The position numbers were made by a program, and so were the translations under genes. Below are positions 1 through 9,316 of a stretch of DNA of 64,000 nt, in pieces. How positions within the stretch are numbered: position 1 is the first letter of the stretch; each line of letters begins with the position of its first letter. The notes below the pieces were generated by a model. The model ran no database searches and was not told the DNA's origin. It was given only the letters and a program-made list of their open reading frames with translations. This DNA comes from Dehalococcoidia bacterium (lineage in GTDB: Bacteria > Chloroflexota > Dehalococcoidia > Bin125): contig OY760135.1 in assembly GCA_963663185.1 (NCBI GenBank), positions 1,587,170 through 1,651,169 of the forward strand, given 5' to 3'.

Positions 1-657
1 CTGCGCCTCAAGGTCGGCGATCAGGAGTCGACCGATCAGCTCACCGTCATGATCGCCATGATCGTCATGATCGTCCTCGTGCATCTCACCATCTTGGTGC
101 TCTTGCCCGTGGTCGTGGTCGTCTTCATCGTCGTGTTCGTCATGATCGAGTGCAGCCGCCAGGGCGCCGAATGGGGCGAGTTCGAAGCCGTCATCCTCGA
201 TCGACTCGGCCAGGTCCAGAATGTGCTCCGCGTTCTCGAAGATGGCATCGGCGTAGGTCGCTTCGAGACCGCCGCCGTTGATGACGACCAGGTCGGCAGC
301 GGCGACTGCGCGGATGTCGGCGACGCTGAGCTCCAGGGTGTGTGCATCGGCGCCGGCTGGCACCAGGGTTCGCACGCTGACCCGGTCACCACCGACCTGA
401 CGGACCCAATCAGCAACGACCTGCGTTGACGCGACCACGTTGAGTGGCTCGCCCAGGTTTGCAGGTTGGCGGGGCTGCTGATCTTGATCTGGTGACGCGC
501 TCGATCGCGAGGACGCCGCAGGTTCAGACTGCTGTTGCTGCTCCGCTCCCAGTTGCTGTGCTTGTTGTTGCTGGTCACCGGAGCAGCCGACGAGGAGTGC
601 CGCCGCGAGGGACGGCAGAATGGCGGCGCAGAGCGCCAACTTGAAGAACCGAGACAT
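1..657 (-). CDS. Metal (Zn/Mn) ABC transporter substrate-binding lipoprotein, ZnuA-like; 3' end runs off the window
   Basis: Not in the ORF track; translated by hand from ATG at 657: MSRFFKLALCAAILPSLAAALLVGC (lipobox), Q-rich linker, LNVVASTQVVADWVRQVGGDRVSVRTLVPAGADAHTLE (ZnuA signature), then a long His/Asp/Glu-rich loop. Confidence 0.85.
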   Translation of the reverse strand, partial: MSRFFKLALCAAILPSLAAALLVGCSGDQQQQAQQLGAEQQQQSEPAASSRSSASPDQDQQPRQPANLGEPLNVVASTQVVADWVRQVGGDRVSVRTLVPAGADAHTLELSVADIRAVAAADLVVINGGGLEATYADAIFENAEHILDLAESIEDDGFELAPFGALAAALDHDEHDDEDDHDHGQEHQDGEMHEDDHDDHGDHDGELIGRLLIADLEAQ

Positions 658-689
658 GAACGGAACGATCTAGGCGGACGCAGGGTGTA

Positions 690-1163
690 TTAGCGGCCCG
701 TCCGCAGGCCCTTGAGGACCGCTTGGCCATGAGCGGCGGCCTTGGCGCGCTTCCAAACCTTGGTCAGCGCGCCGTGCGGTCCGATGATGAATGTAGCACG
801 AGTCATGCCAATGGACTTGCGCCCGTAGAGCGTCTTCTCGCCCCAGGCGCCGTAGCGCGTCGCGACGACGGCGTCCGTGTCGACGAGCAGCGGGAAGTTG
901 AGCTGGAACTTCTCGCGGAACGCTTGGTGAGACTCGGCGGCATCGGTCGAGACGCCCAGCACGACGGCGCCCTCGGCCGTGATCTCGTCCATATCGTCGC
1001 GCAACGAGCAGGCCTGTTTGGTGCAGCCCGGCGTGTCGTCGCGCGGGTAGAAATAGAGGACGACCGTCTGGCCGACGTAGTCGGAGAGCTGATGAATGTT
1101 GCCATCCTGGTCAGGAAGCTGGAAATCGGGAGCCTGGTCGCCTTTGGCGAGCGTGACGGGCAT
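690..1163 (-). CDS. bcp: Thioredoxin-dependent thiol peroxidase (Bcp/PrxQ)
   Basis: VVLYFYPRDDTPGCTKQAC peroxidatic motif. Confidence 0.95.
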   Translation of the reverse strand: MPVTLAKGDQAPDFQLPDQDGNIHQLSDYVGQTVVLYFYPRDDTPGCTKQACSLRDDMDEITAEGAVVLGVSTDAAESHQAFREKFQLNFPLLVDTDAVVATRYGAWGEKTLYGRKSIGMTRATFIIGPHGALTKVWKRAKAAAHGQAVLKGLRTGR

Positions 1164-1172
1164 GGCGAGAGC

Positions 1173-1601
1173 CTATTCGGTGTGAATCACCGGGCTGCCG
1201 TGATGATGGATCAACAGCCAGGTATCGGACGGCGTGTCCGCGTTGTCGGTCAGATCGGCGACCGCGGAGCGCTGGTAGATGTTGGTGGCGACGATCGGGA
1301 CGCCGGCGACGACTTCGCGTCCGGCGACGATGCCGATATCGCCGATCACGCGAGCGTCCTCGGCGGCGAAGACGATCTTGGGTTGAGCCGGATTGGTGAG
1401 AATGGCGCGCCAGGTGCGCTGAATCTCGGCGTGGCCCTTCGTGACGTTGCGATGCGGGTGAATGCAGGTGACATCGTCGGCTCGCTGCCAGAGATCGGAC
1501 ATCGCCTCAATGTCGCGGGCGTTGAAGGCTTCGTAGAACGCGCGATTGGCTTCGAGTACGGCTTGAACGGCCTGGCGCTCAGCGTCACCGGCGTCAGTCA
1601 T
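1173..1601 (-). CDS. NTF2-like/SnoaL-like protein
   Basis: ANRAFYEAFNARDIEAMSDLW...CIHP...LIHHHGS; start trimmed to MTDAG. Confidence 0.8.
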   Translation of the reverse strand: MTDAGDAERQAVQAVLEANRAFYEAFNARDIEAMSDLWQRADDVTCIHPHRNVTKGHAEIQRTWRAILTNPAQPKIVFAAEDARVIGDIGIVAGREVVAGVPIVATNIYQRSAVADLTDNADTPSDTWLLIHHHGSPVIHTE

Positions 1602-1638
1602 GCGGCATCCTCTGCTGGCGCTCACGTATGCTCGATAC

Positions 1639-3129
1639 ATGCGAAGTATACGAAGTGGGATCAAGGCAACGATCGTGCTGGGCCTGTCCTGCCTGGCGCT
1701 CGTCGCGTGCTCGGACGCGATCGATCAGGTTCAACCGGGGCAGGCGCAACCGGGGCAGGCGCAGTCAAAGCAGGGAGCGGCTGAGGGCGAGCGGTCTGCG
1801 GCGCAAACTCAGGAAACGGGATCGGCGCAGCAGGTCGAGTCGCAAGTCGCAGCCGATGACGCGCAGGAGGATTCCTCCGCAGCGCCAAGTGAGCAGGATG
1901 CAGCGCCTACGCCGCAGCAGCAAGCAGCGGCGCAGTCGCAGCCAGCGGAAGCGAGCAATGCGACGCCGCGCTTCAGCTTCCTGCCGCGAGATGCGACCGA
2001 AACGGCCGAGGGCATTCCGATCATCCGCGATAGTGAACGGCCTCAGTACTTCGGGCTTGACTGGGGCACGGACTGGAGCGTGCGACTGGTCAGCCTGGAC
2101 GAGCTGGCGCAAGGCGCCGGTCGTGACGCGATTCCAGCGCTCTCCGGCCCGCTCTACGTGACGCTGGCGGAGGCAGCGGAGTACTACACCGATGTCGTGC
2201 CGGTGGTGCAGATCAATGTCAACGGCGATGTGCGCGGCTACCCCCTGGAGATCCTCACCTGGCACGAGATCGTCAATGATGTCGTCGGCGGCATGCCGGT
2301 CGCGGTGACCTTCTGTCCGCTTTGCAACACGGCGATCGCGTTTGAGTCGCAGATCGGCGAGGAGCGCTATCGTTTCGGCGTCTCAGGGTTGCTGCGCAAC
2401 TCCGACCTCGTGATGTACGACCGCAATACGGAGTCGCTCTGGCAGCAGTCCTCGGGTCGGGCGATTGTCGGCGTGATGGTGGGCGCGCGTTTGAAGTACG
2501 TGCCCGCGACCGTGGTCAGTCTGGGACAGTTGCGCGCCGCGCACCCTGACGCGCTGATCCTGTCGCGGGACACCGGCTGGAACCGCGCTTACGGTCAGAA
2601 TCCCTATACCGGCTATGACGATCCGGAGAGTGGCGGACCGTACTCCTTCTTCTTCGACCGAGATTCGATCGACCCGCGTCTGCCACCGGCCGAGCGCGTG
2701 GTGAGCATTGAGGGTCCGTCGGGCGCAGCGATCGCGTATGCCTGGTCGCGACTATCGTCGCAGCGGGTGCTGCACGACCTGTTCGACGGCATCGATCTGG
2801 TCGTGTTCTGGACGCCTGGCGCGACATCCGTGCTTGATGCCGGCAACTTGCAATCGGCCCGGGCAGTCGGCGCGACGGCGGTCTTTGAGACGGCGCTCAA
2901 CGGTCGGGCGCTCAGTTTCCTGCCGAATGACGCGGATGCCAGCGGTCTGACGTTCATCGACGAAGCGACAGGATCGGTCTGGGACATCTTCGGTCGAGCG
3001 ATCGAAGGTGAGTTGGCGGGATCGCAGCTGACGCGCGTGATCCACTCGGATCACTTCTGGTTCGCCTGGCAGGCGTTCCACCCGGACACGGCCATCGGCG
3101 GCGGACCGAGCTCAGCGATCGGTTCGTGA
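1639..3129 (+). CDS. DUF3179 domain lipoprotein with low-complexity N-terminal linker
   Basis: Lipobox LVAC, Q/A/S-rich linker, WHEIVND...TFCPLCN...GLLRNSDLVMYDRNTESLWQQ and C-terminal HFWFAWQAFHPDT. Confidence 0.85.
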   Translation: MRSIRSGIKATIVLGLSCLALVACSDAIDQVQPGQAQPGQAQSKQGAAEGERSAAQTQETGSAQQVESQVAADDAQEDSSAAPSEQDAAPTPQQQAAAQSQPAEASNATPRFSFLPRDATETAEGIPIIRDSERPQYFGLDWGTDWSVRLVSLDELAQGAGRDAIPALSGPLYVTLAEAAEYYTDVVPVVQINVNGDVRGYPLEILTWHEIVNDVVGGMPVAVTFCPLCNTAIAFESQIGEERYRFGVSGLLRNSDLVMYDRNTESLWQQSSGRAIVGVMVGARLKYVPATVVSLGQLRAAHPDALILSRDTGWNRAYGQNPYTGYDDPESGGPYSFFFDRDSIDPRLPPAERVVSIEGPSGAAIAYAWSRLSSQRVLHDLFDGIDLVVFWTPGATSVLDAGNLQSARAVGATAVFETALNGRALSFLPNDADASGLTFIDEATGSVWDIFGRAIEGELAGSQLTRVIHSDHFWFAWQAFHPDTAIGGGPSSAIGS

Positions 3130-3136
3130 GAGACCG

Positions 3137-4018
3137 CTAGTCAAGCAGCTCAACCTCGTCGCCGAGCGAAACGGAACCGTGCTCCAGCACTGCGCAATAT
3201 GAGCCGAGATGCTGCTTCGTCTGCTCGATCAGGGCGCGGCCGACGGCGCGGCTGGAGCCGAAGTCGCGCTGCGCGTGGGCAGGGACGGAGCAGCGCACCG
3301 TGGTCGTGAGCAACTCAATCACGACCTCGCCGAGTCGCAGCTTCTTGCCGTTCCAGTCCACCTCGAGCAGGCCTTCGGCGGCGCCGCTGTCGATCAGGAT
3401 GTTGGGTCGGAAGCGACGCACGTCGACATCGCCACCGCCGCCGGCATCGCGCAGCGTGTTCAGCGATGACGTGGTCATGATGTGGACGGGGAAACAGTCA
3501 AAGTAGGTGCCTGGCGGCGTCGAGAAGCCGCGAAGCTCTTGCGGCAGACCTGTGAGATCGGGCAGCGGATCGTCGTCCTCGAGCCCGAAGACCTGGCGCA
3601 GCGCGGCGATCGGGTCGATACCCTCTGGTCCCGGCGCGCGACGATAGTGCTCGAGGTCGTCGGCTGGGTGCAGCGGCGTCAGGCGCACATCGCGTCCGAT
3701 CAGGGCGGAGAGCTGAGCGTCGCGGTCGTCGTCAGCGGAACTGACCTGTTCCTGGTCCGGCGTGGTGATGGCGACGGTCGGTGAGCGTCGCTGCGGCGTG
3801 GGCGCGTCGGCGTAGGCCGCGGCGAACTGCAGCAGCTTGGGGATTTGCCGCGCGCTGCGCGTTTCGTCCGCCTCAACCTCGCGCACGGCCCAGCCGCGGT
3901 CGCCCGCGAGACCATTCTGATCGACCTGCGACGAGTCGATCAGCTCGCCGCCCATCGACTTCACCGGGTAGCGCCAAATCTGACTTACCTTGCCGACGCT
4001 TACGTTGCCTGCGCTCAT
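3137..4018 (-). CDS. MOSC domain-containing protein
   Basis: RYPVKSMGGE N-terminus, RFRPNI, RCSVP motifs. Confidence 0.9.
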   Translation of the reverse strand: MSAGNVSVGKVSQIWRYPVKSMGGELIDSSQVDQNGLAGDRGWAVREVEADETRSARQIPKLLQFAAAYADAPTPQRRSPTVAITTPDQEQVSSADDDRDAQLSALIGRDVRLTPLHPADDLEHYRRAPGPEGIDPIAALRQVFGLEDDDPLPDLTGLPQELRGFSTPPGTYFDCFPVHIMTTSSLNTLRDAGGGGDVDVRRFRPNILIDSGAAEGLLEVDWNGKKLRLGEVVIELLTTTVRCSVPAHAQRDFGSSRAVGRALIEQTKQHLGSYCAVLEHGSVSLGDEVELLD

Positions 4019-4286
4019 CGTCTCACCTCATTCGATGCACCGCTCTGACGTGCGCGATGCAGAAGGTCTGTAAAGGAGGCTCCATCGGGGAACCGCTTGC
4101 CAGCAGGGTAGCTGCCTGTTCAATCTGTAGTGAGGTAGTAAGATTTGTCAAGATTGTCCGTGACGATTGTCTGAGCCGATCGTCTGAGCCGATTGCCTGC
4201 GCCGTTTGAGTTGGCCGGTTCAAACGGGCCTCTTTGAACTGGTCTGAGGGATCCGCCGGACGCAGCCGTCGCAGAAGGGTTGAGCG

Positions 4287-5210
4287 ATGACCACTCGTAC
4301 ACACGCCGCGCCTGTCCTGGACACGCTCTCGTGGCTGGAGGCGGAGGCGATCCACATCATGCGCGAGGTGGCGGCAGAATGTGAACGTCCCTGCCTGCTG
4401 TTCTCGGGCGGCAAGGATTCGATCGTGATGCTTCGGCTCGCGGAGAAGGCCTTCTGGCCGTCGCGCATCCCCTTCCCGGTGATGCACGTGGACACCGGGC
4501 ACAACTTCCCTGAAGCGATCGAATACCGCGATCGACGCGTCGCAGAGCTGGGCGTGGAGCTGATCGTCGCATCCGTGCAGGACTCGATCGATCAAGGTCG
4601 GGTGGTGGAAGAGGTTGGGCCGCGCGCGTCCCGCAATCGATTGCAGACCACAACGCTGCTCGACGCGGTCGAAGCGCACGGATTCAGGGCGCTGTTCGGG
4701 GGTGCTCGGCGCGACGAGGAGAAGGCGCGCGCGAAGGAACGGATTTTTTCCTTCCGCGACGCATTCGGACAATGGGACCCGTCGAATCAGCGTCCGGAGT
4801 TGTGGAATCTGTACAACGGGCGGCTGAACCGCTCCGAGCACATCCGCGCCTTTCCGCTGTCGAACTGGACTGAGCTGGATGTCTGGCAGTACATCAAACG
4901 CGAACACTTGCCGTTGCCTTCGATCTACTTCGCTCATGAACGAACCATGTTCCGTCGCGATGGCATGATCTTTCCCGTCTCCGAGTTCGTGCCGAGACTG
5001 TCGGGTGAGGATCCGTTCGCGGCCAAGGTGCGATTCCGCACCGTCGGCGACATGACCTGTACGGCGGGCGTGTTGTCGGAGGCCGCGACGCTCGATGCGG
5101 TCGTGGCGGAGATCGCCGCGACGCGGATCACCGAGCGTGGCGAGACGCGGGCCGACGACCGATTCTCGGAGGCGGCGATGGAAGATCGCAAGCGAGAGGG
5201 CTATTTCTGA
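4287..5210 (+). CDS. cysD: Sulfate adenylyltransferase subunit 2
   Basis: LFSGGKDS, HVDTGHNF, GGARRDEEKARAKER, FRTVGDMTCT. Confidence 0.97.
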   Translation: MTTRTHAAPVLDTLSWLEAEAIHIMREVAAECERPCLLFSGGKDSIVMLRLAEKAFWPSRIPFPVMHVDTGHNFPEAIEYRDRRVAELGVELIVASVQDSIDQGRVVEEVGPRASRNRLQTTTLLDAVEAHGFRALFGGARRDEEKARAKERIFSFRDAFGQWDPSNQRPELWNLYNGRLNRSEHIRAFPLSNWTELDVWQYIKREHLPLPSIYFAHERTMFRRDGMIFPVSEFVPRLSGEDPFAAKVRFRTVGDMTCTAGVLSEAATLDAVVAEIAATRITERGETRADDRFSEAAMEDRKREGYF

Positions 5211-6568
5211 TGACGCTGGCACGCGCGATGACCCTGAATGGTGCTCAGAGTGGCGCTCAAGAGCCTGCCGATCCGCTGGCTGTCGATCCGCGATCACAGA
5301 TCCGACCACTGGCGCGTCCGCTGTTGCGGCTGGCGACCGCGGGCTCCGTTGATGACGGCAAGTCGACGCTGATTGGACGTTTGCTCTTCGACGCCAAGCA
5401 GACGTATATCGACCAAATGGAGGCGATCGAGCGATCGTCGCGCACTCGCGGCGAGGACGATGTCAATCTGGCGTATCTGACCGATGGCCTGCGCTCCGAG
5501 CGCGAGCAGGGCATCACGATCGATGTCGCCTATCGCTACTTCTCGACGCCGCGACGCAAGTTCATCCTGGCCGATACGCCGGGTCACGTGCAATACACGC
5601 GCAACATGGTGACTGGCGCCTCGACGGCTGACGCTGCCCTGCTGCTCGTTGATGCTCGGCGCGGTGTCGTTGAGCAGACGCGCCGCCATGCTTATCTCTC
5701 GCATCTGCTCGGTATCCGACACTTCGTGCTCTGTGTGAACAAGATGGACCTGGTCGATTGGGACCAGGCGGTGTTCGAGCAGATCACGGAAGAGCTGACG
5801 CGATTTGCCTCGCGGATGGGAGTACACGACGTCCGCGCGATCCCGATTTCGGCCAAGTACGGCGACTGGGTGGTCTCGGCCTCGGATCGGATGGCCTGGT
5901 ATGACGGTCCAGCGCTGCTGGAGCTGCTTGAGACCCTGGAGGTTTCTGACGCGCCAGATCAGGCGGCGGCGCGATTGCCCGTGCAGTACGTCATCCGACC
6001 CTTGCGCGACGAGTATCACGACTATCGCGGCTACGCCGGGACCGTGGCGTCGGGCGTTCTGCGTGTTGGCGACCGAGTCAAGGTCATGCCGTCCGGATCG
6101 GAGACGACGATTGTCGGGATCGACGTCTTCGAGCAAGAGCTTGAACAGGCCGAACCGCCGATGGCGGTGACCGTGCGCCTGGCCGACGATCTTGATGTGC
6201 GCCGCGGCTCGATGATCGTCAGCGCCGATCAGCCACCGATGGCGACCAGCGAAATTGACGCCCACGTCTGTTGGATGAGCGATCGGGCGCAGCTACGTCA
6301 GCGCGATCGCATCCTGATCAAGCACGCCACGCAGACCACGAAGGCGTTGGTCGAGGCGGTCGGCGCGCGACTCGACGTGAATACACTGGAATACGATCTG
6401 ACGGCGTCTCAGCTATCGCTGAACGAGATCGGTCGGATACGCTTGCGCTTGATGTCACCGCTCGCGGTGGACTCGTATGAGGAGTCGCGCGCCACAGGCG
6501 CATTCATCCTGATTGACGAAGCGACCTCAGCCACGGTCGGCGCGGGGATGATCAACGCGGGCCGCTAA
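5210..6568 (+). CDS. cysN: Sulfate adenylyltransferase subunit 1 (GTPase), no fused APS kinase
   Basis: TAGSVDDGKSTLIGRLL, EREQGITIDVAY, DTPGH, NKMD; overlaps the cysD stop. Confidence 0.97.
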   Translation: MTLARAMTLNGAQSGAQEPADPLAVDPRSQIRPLARPLLRLATAGSVDDGKSTLIGRLLFDAKQTYIDQMEAIERSSRTRGEDDVNLAYLTDGLRSEREQGITIDVAYRYFSTPRRKFILADTPGHVQYTRNMVTGASTADAALLLVDARRGVVEQTRRHAYLSHLLGIRHFVLCVNKMDLVDWDQAVFEQITEELTRFASRMGVHDVRAIPISAKYGDWVVSASDRMAWYDGPALLELLETLEVSDAPDQAAARLPVQYVIRPLRDEYHDYRGYAGTVASGVLRVGDRVKVMPSGSETTIVGIDVFEQELEQAEPPMAVTVRLADDLDVRRGSMIVSADQPPMATSEIDAHVCWMSDRAQLRQRDRILIKHATQTTKALVEAVGARLDVNTLEYDLTASQLSLNEIGRIRLRLMSPLAVDSYEESRATGAFILIDEATSATVGAGMINAGR

Positions 6569-6583
6569 GCATCGGACTCATCC

Positions 6584-7489
6584 ATGTTGCGGCGTTGGAT
6601 ACTCAGCCTGCGGATACTCGGCCTGCTGTTCCTGTCCGTTGCGCTGTTGAATGCAGCCTGCGCGAGCGAACCTGACTACAACGCAGACCAGCTGATCCTC
6701 GCCACCACGACCTCGCTCAACGACTCTGGCCTGCTGGATCAACTGGTCCCGATCTTCGAGGAGGAAACGGGCGTCTCGGTCAAGATCATCGCGGTCGGAA
6801 CTGGCGCGGCTCTGCGCATGGGCGTTGAGGGCAACGCGGACATTCTGCTGACACACGCGCCCGATTCCGAACGAGAGCTGTTGATTGCCGGTGATGTCAG
6901 CAGCCGCACATTGGTCGCCTACAACGATTTCCTCATCGTCGGCCCGCGTCATGATCCAGCCGCGGTGACCGGATTGAGCGACGCGGCCGTCGCGTTGGCG
7001 AACGTCCGAGCCTCGTGCCTCGGCGGCGTCTGCGAGTTTGCTTCGCGCGGCGATGACAGCGGCACGCACAAGAAAGAGCTGTCGCTGTGGGCTGCGGTCG
7101 ATATCTCGCCGTCGGAGCTGGACGAGGACTGGTACCTGGAAGTCGGACAGGGGATGTCCGCGACACTGACTGTCGCGAATCAGCGCGATGCCTACACGCT
7201 GACCGATCGCGGGACCTACCTCTCGCTATCCGACAATCTACCCAACCTGATGCCCGTGGTGGAGGGCGACTCACGCCTGCTCAACTACTACAGCGTGTTG
7301 CCGGTGAGCGGCTCGAAGGGTCGAATCAATGCGCTGGCGGCGCGCGCCTTTCGCGACTTTCTGCTGCGCGAAGACGTTCAGGCGATGATCGACAACTACC
7401 TGGTCGAGGAATACGGTCGACCGCTCTTCATTGCGGCGGCTGGGGACAGCGAATCGGCGATCGCGGCGCGAGGCGGCGCTCCGCGCTGA
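6584..7489 (+). CDS. tupA: Tungstate ABC transporter substrate-binding lipoprotein (TupA family)
   Basis: ATTTSLNDSGLL, AVGTGAAL, SRGDDSGTHKKE, DAYTLTDRGT. Confidence 0.85.
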   Translation: MLRRWILSLRILGLLFLSVALLNAACASEPDYNADQLILATTTSLNDSGLLDQLVPIFEEETGVSVKIIAVGTGAALRMGVEGNADILLTHAPDSERELLIAGDVSSRTLVAYNDFLIVGPRHDPAAVTGLSDAAVALANVRASCLGGVCEFASRGDDSGTHKKELSLWAAVDISPSELDEDWYLEVGQGMSATLTVANQRDAYTLTDRGTYLSLSDNLPNLMPVVEGDSRLLNYYSVLPVSGSKGRINALAARAFRDFLLREDVQAMIDNYLVEEYGRPLFIAAAGDSESAIAARGGAPR

Positions 7490-7523
7490 CTCAGCGAAGC
7501 GCAGCGGCAGATACCATCGGCGC

Positions 7524-8222
7524 ATGGACTTGATCTGGGACGGCATCCGCGAGGCTGCGCGGCTGTGGTGGGCGGGCGACCGCGAGATCATTGAGATCAC
7601 GCTGCGGACGCTGGCGATTTCGTCGTCCGCGACGGCGTTGGCGCTGCTGATCGGGATTCCACTCGGCGCCGTCCTGGCGCTGCGTCGGTTTTGGGGTCGC
7701 GGACTCATCGTCGCGGCGGTCAACACCGGCATGGGCATGCCGCCGGTCGTGATCGGACTCCTGGTCGCGCTGATCCTCTGGCGCACGGGACCACTCGGTC
7801 GGCTCGATCTGATCTATACCCCCACCGCCATGGTGGTGGCGCAACTGTTGTTGAGCCTTCCTCTGGTAGTCGGCTTCTCGCTGGCCTCGATCCAGTCCGT
7901 CAATCCCCGACTGATCGGTCAGATCTGGGCGATGGGCGCCAATCGCTGGCAGGTCCTCTGGTTGCTGGTGCGCGAGACGCGCCTGGGGCTGTTGGCGGCG
8001 GTGATGGCAGGGTTCGGCGCCGCCATCTCTGAGGTTGGGGCATCAATGCAGGTTGGCGGCAACCTGGCGGGCGAGACGCGTGTCCTGACCACCGCCACCG
8101 TGCTGGAGACGGGACGCGGCAACTTTGAGGTCGCGATCGCGCTGTCGCTGGTCCTGGTCGTGCTGGCGTTCCTGGTCAACCTGGCGCTGACGACCGTGCA
8201 GCAGCGTCGGTTCGTGCGATGA
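7524..8222 (+). CDS. tupB: Tungstate ABC transporter permease (TupB family)
   Basis: NTGMGMPPVVIGL, AISEVGASMQVGGNL...TRVLTT. Confidence 0.85.
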   Translation: MDLIWDGIREAARLWWAGDREIIEITLRTLAISSSATALALLIGIPLGAVLALRRFWGRGLIVAAVNTGMGMPPVVIGLLVALILWRTGPLGRLDLIYTPTAMVVAQLLLSLPLVVGFSLASIQSVNPRLIGQIWAMGANRWQVLWLLVRETRLGLLAAVMAGFGAAISEVGASMQVGGNLAGETRVLTTATVLETGRGNFEVAIALSLVLVVLAFLVNLALTTVQQRRFVR

Positions 8223-9253
8223 GCCCGCAAGTCGACGCGCACATTGCGGTCCGAGACCTGGTCGTGCAACGCGGCGGCGTCACGGTGTTGGAAGTGGAAG
8301 CGCTCGATATTCCGCGCGGGCAGGTGAGCGCGCTGATCGGCCCAAACGGAGCGGGCAAATCAACCCTCCTGGCCGCGCTGCAACTGGTGCTGCATCCAGC
8401 GCGGGGGACGCTCACGCTCGACGGTGAGCCGATGCACGCCGATCCGGTGCGCACACGGCGTCGGATGGCGGCCGCCTTCCAGGAAGCGTTGCTGCTGAAC
8501 ATGTCGGTGAGGGCGAACGTTGAGTTGCCGCTGCGTTTGCGCGGGGCGCCTCGAACCCGCCGGCGAGAGCTGACTGAGTACTGGTTGGAACGATTCGGGA
8601 TCGCAGACCTGGCGTCGCGCCACGCGAAGCAGCTATCCGGCGGAGAGGCGCAGCGCGTCAGTCTGGCGCGCGCATTCGCCTCTCAACCCGAGGTGTTGCT
8701 GCTTGACGAGCCATTCGCCGGCGTCGACGCCCCGACGCGTGAGCATCTGATCGCAGACTTCGCGGAAATCGTCTCGCAGACGCGTCCAACCACCGTGCTC
8801 GTCACGCATGACCGAGATGAGGCGTTGCGACTCGGTGACCAGCTCGCGCTGCTGATTGATGGTCGTGTGAGGCAGGTGGGCGCGCCGCTGGACGTGTTTG
8901 ATCGACCCATTGATCGCGAGGCGGCGTCGTTTGTGGGAATCGAGAACATCCTGCCGCGCGCGTCTCTCGCGCTCGCTCAGGACGCTCCGGTGGGCGACTG
9001 GCTTTGCATCCGCGCGGAACAGGTCGGATTGGAGCGGGTCGGTTTGGAGGGGGGAGTCGGCGCGCGAGTGCTGAGCGCAAAGCTGGTCAGCTCACTGATG
9101 CAGGTGGAACTGATCCAGGACGGCGTCACCCTGGTCGCGAAGCTGCCGCGAGCGGCCTGGTCGCAGCTCGGCGTTGAGGTTGGCGATCAGGTGAGCGTGC
9201 GCATCGCGCCTGAGGCGATACATGCGATTGCGGACTCGCGCGAGCGGTTATGA
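8219..9253 (+). CDS. tupC: ABC ATP-binding protein (TupC-like) with C-terminal TOBE domain
   Basis: Walker A GPNGAGKST, LSGGE, LLLDEP; position in the operon. Confidence 0.8.
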   Translation: MSPQVDAHIAVRDLVVQRGGVTVLEVEALDIPRGQVSALIGPNGAGKSTLLAALQLVLHPARGTLTLDGEPMHADPVRTRRRMAAAFQEALLLNMSVRANVELPLRLRGAPRTRRRELTEYWLERFGIADLASRHAKQLSGGEAQRVSLARAFASQPEVLLLDEPFAGVDAPTREHLIADFAEIVSQTRPTTVLVTHDRDEALRLGDQLALLIDGRVRQVGAPLDVFDRPIDREAASFVGIENILPRASLALAQDAPVGDWLCIRAEQVGLERVGLEGGVGARVLSAKLVSSLMQVELIQDGVTLVAKLPRAAWSQLGVEVGDQVSVRIAPEAIHAIADSRERL

Positions 9254-9316
9254 TCAGGCTGTGGCTTCCTACACAGATGAACGGATGATTGCACCATGTC
9301 TTGGCGACCCAAGCGA

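Noticed and set aside
1639-3129. Selenoprotein form of DUF3179
   Set aside because: No in-frame TGA; the motif is plain CPLC.
4030-4286. SAM or Moco/Wco riboswitch upstream of cysD or the MOSC gene
   Set aside because: Hairpins and short repeats are present, but I could not find SAM-I/IV or Moco consensus cores on either strand; an Rfam scan is needed.
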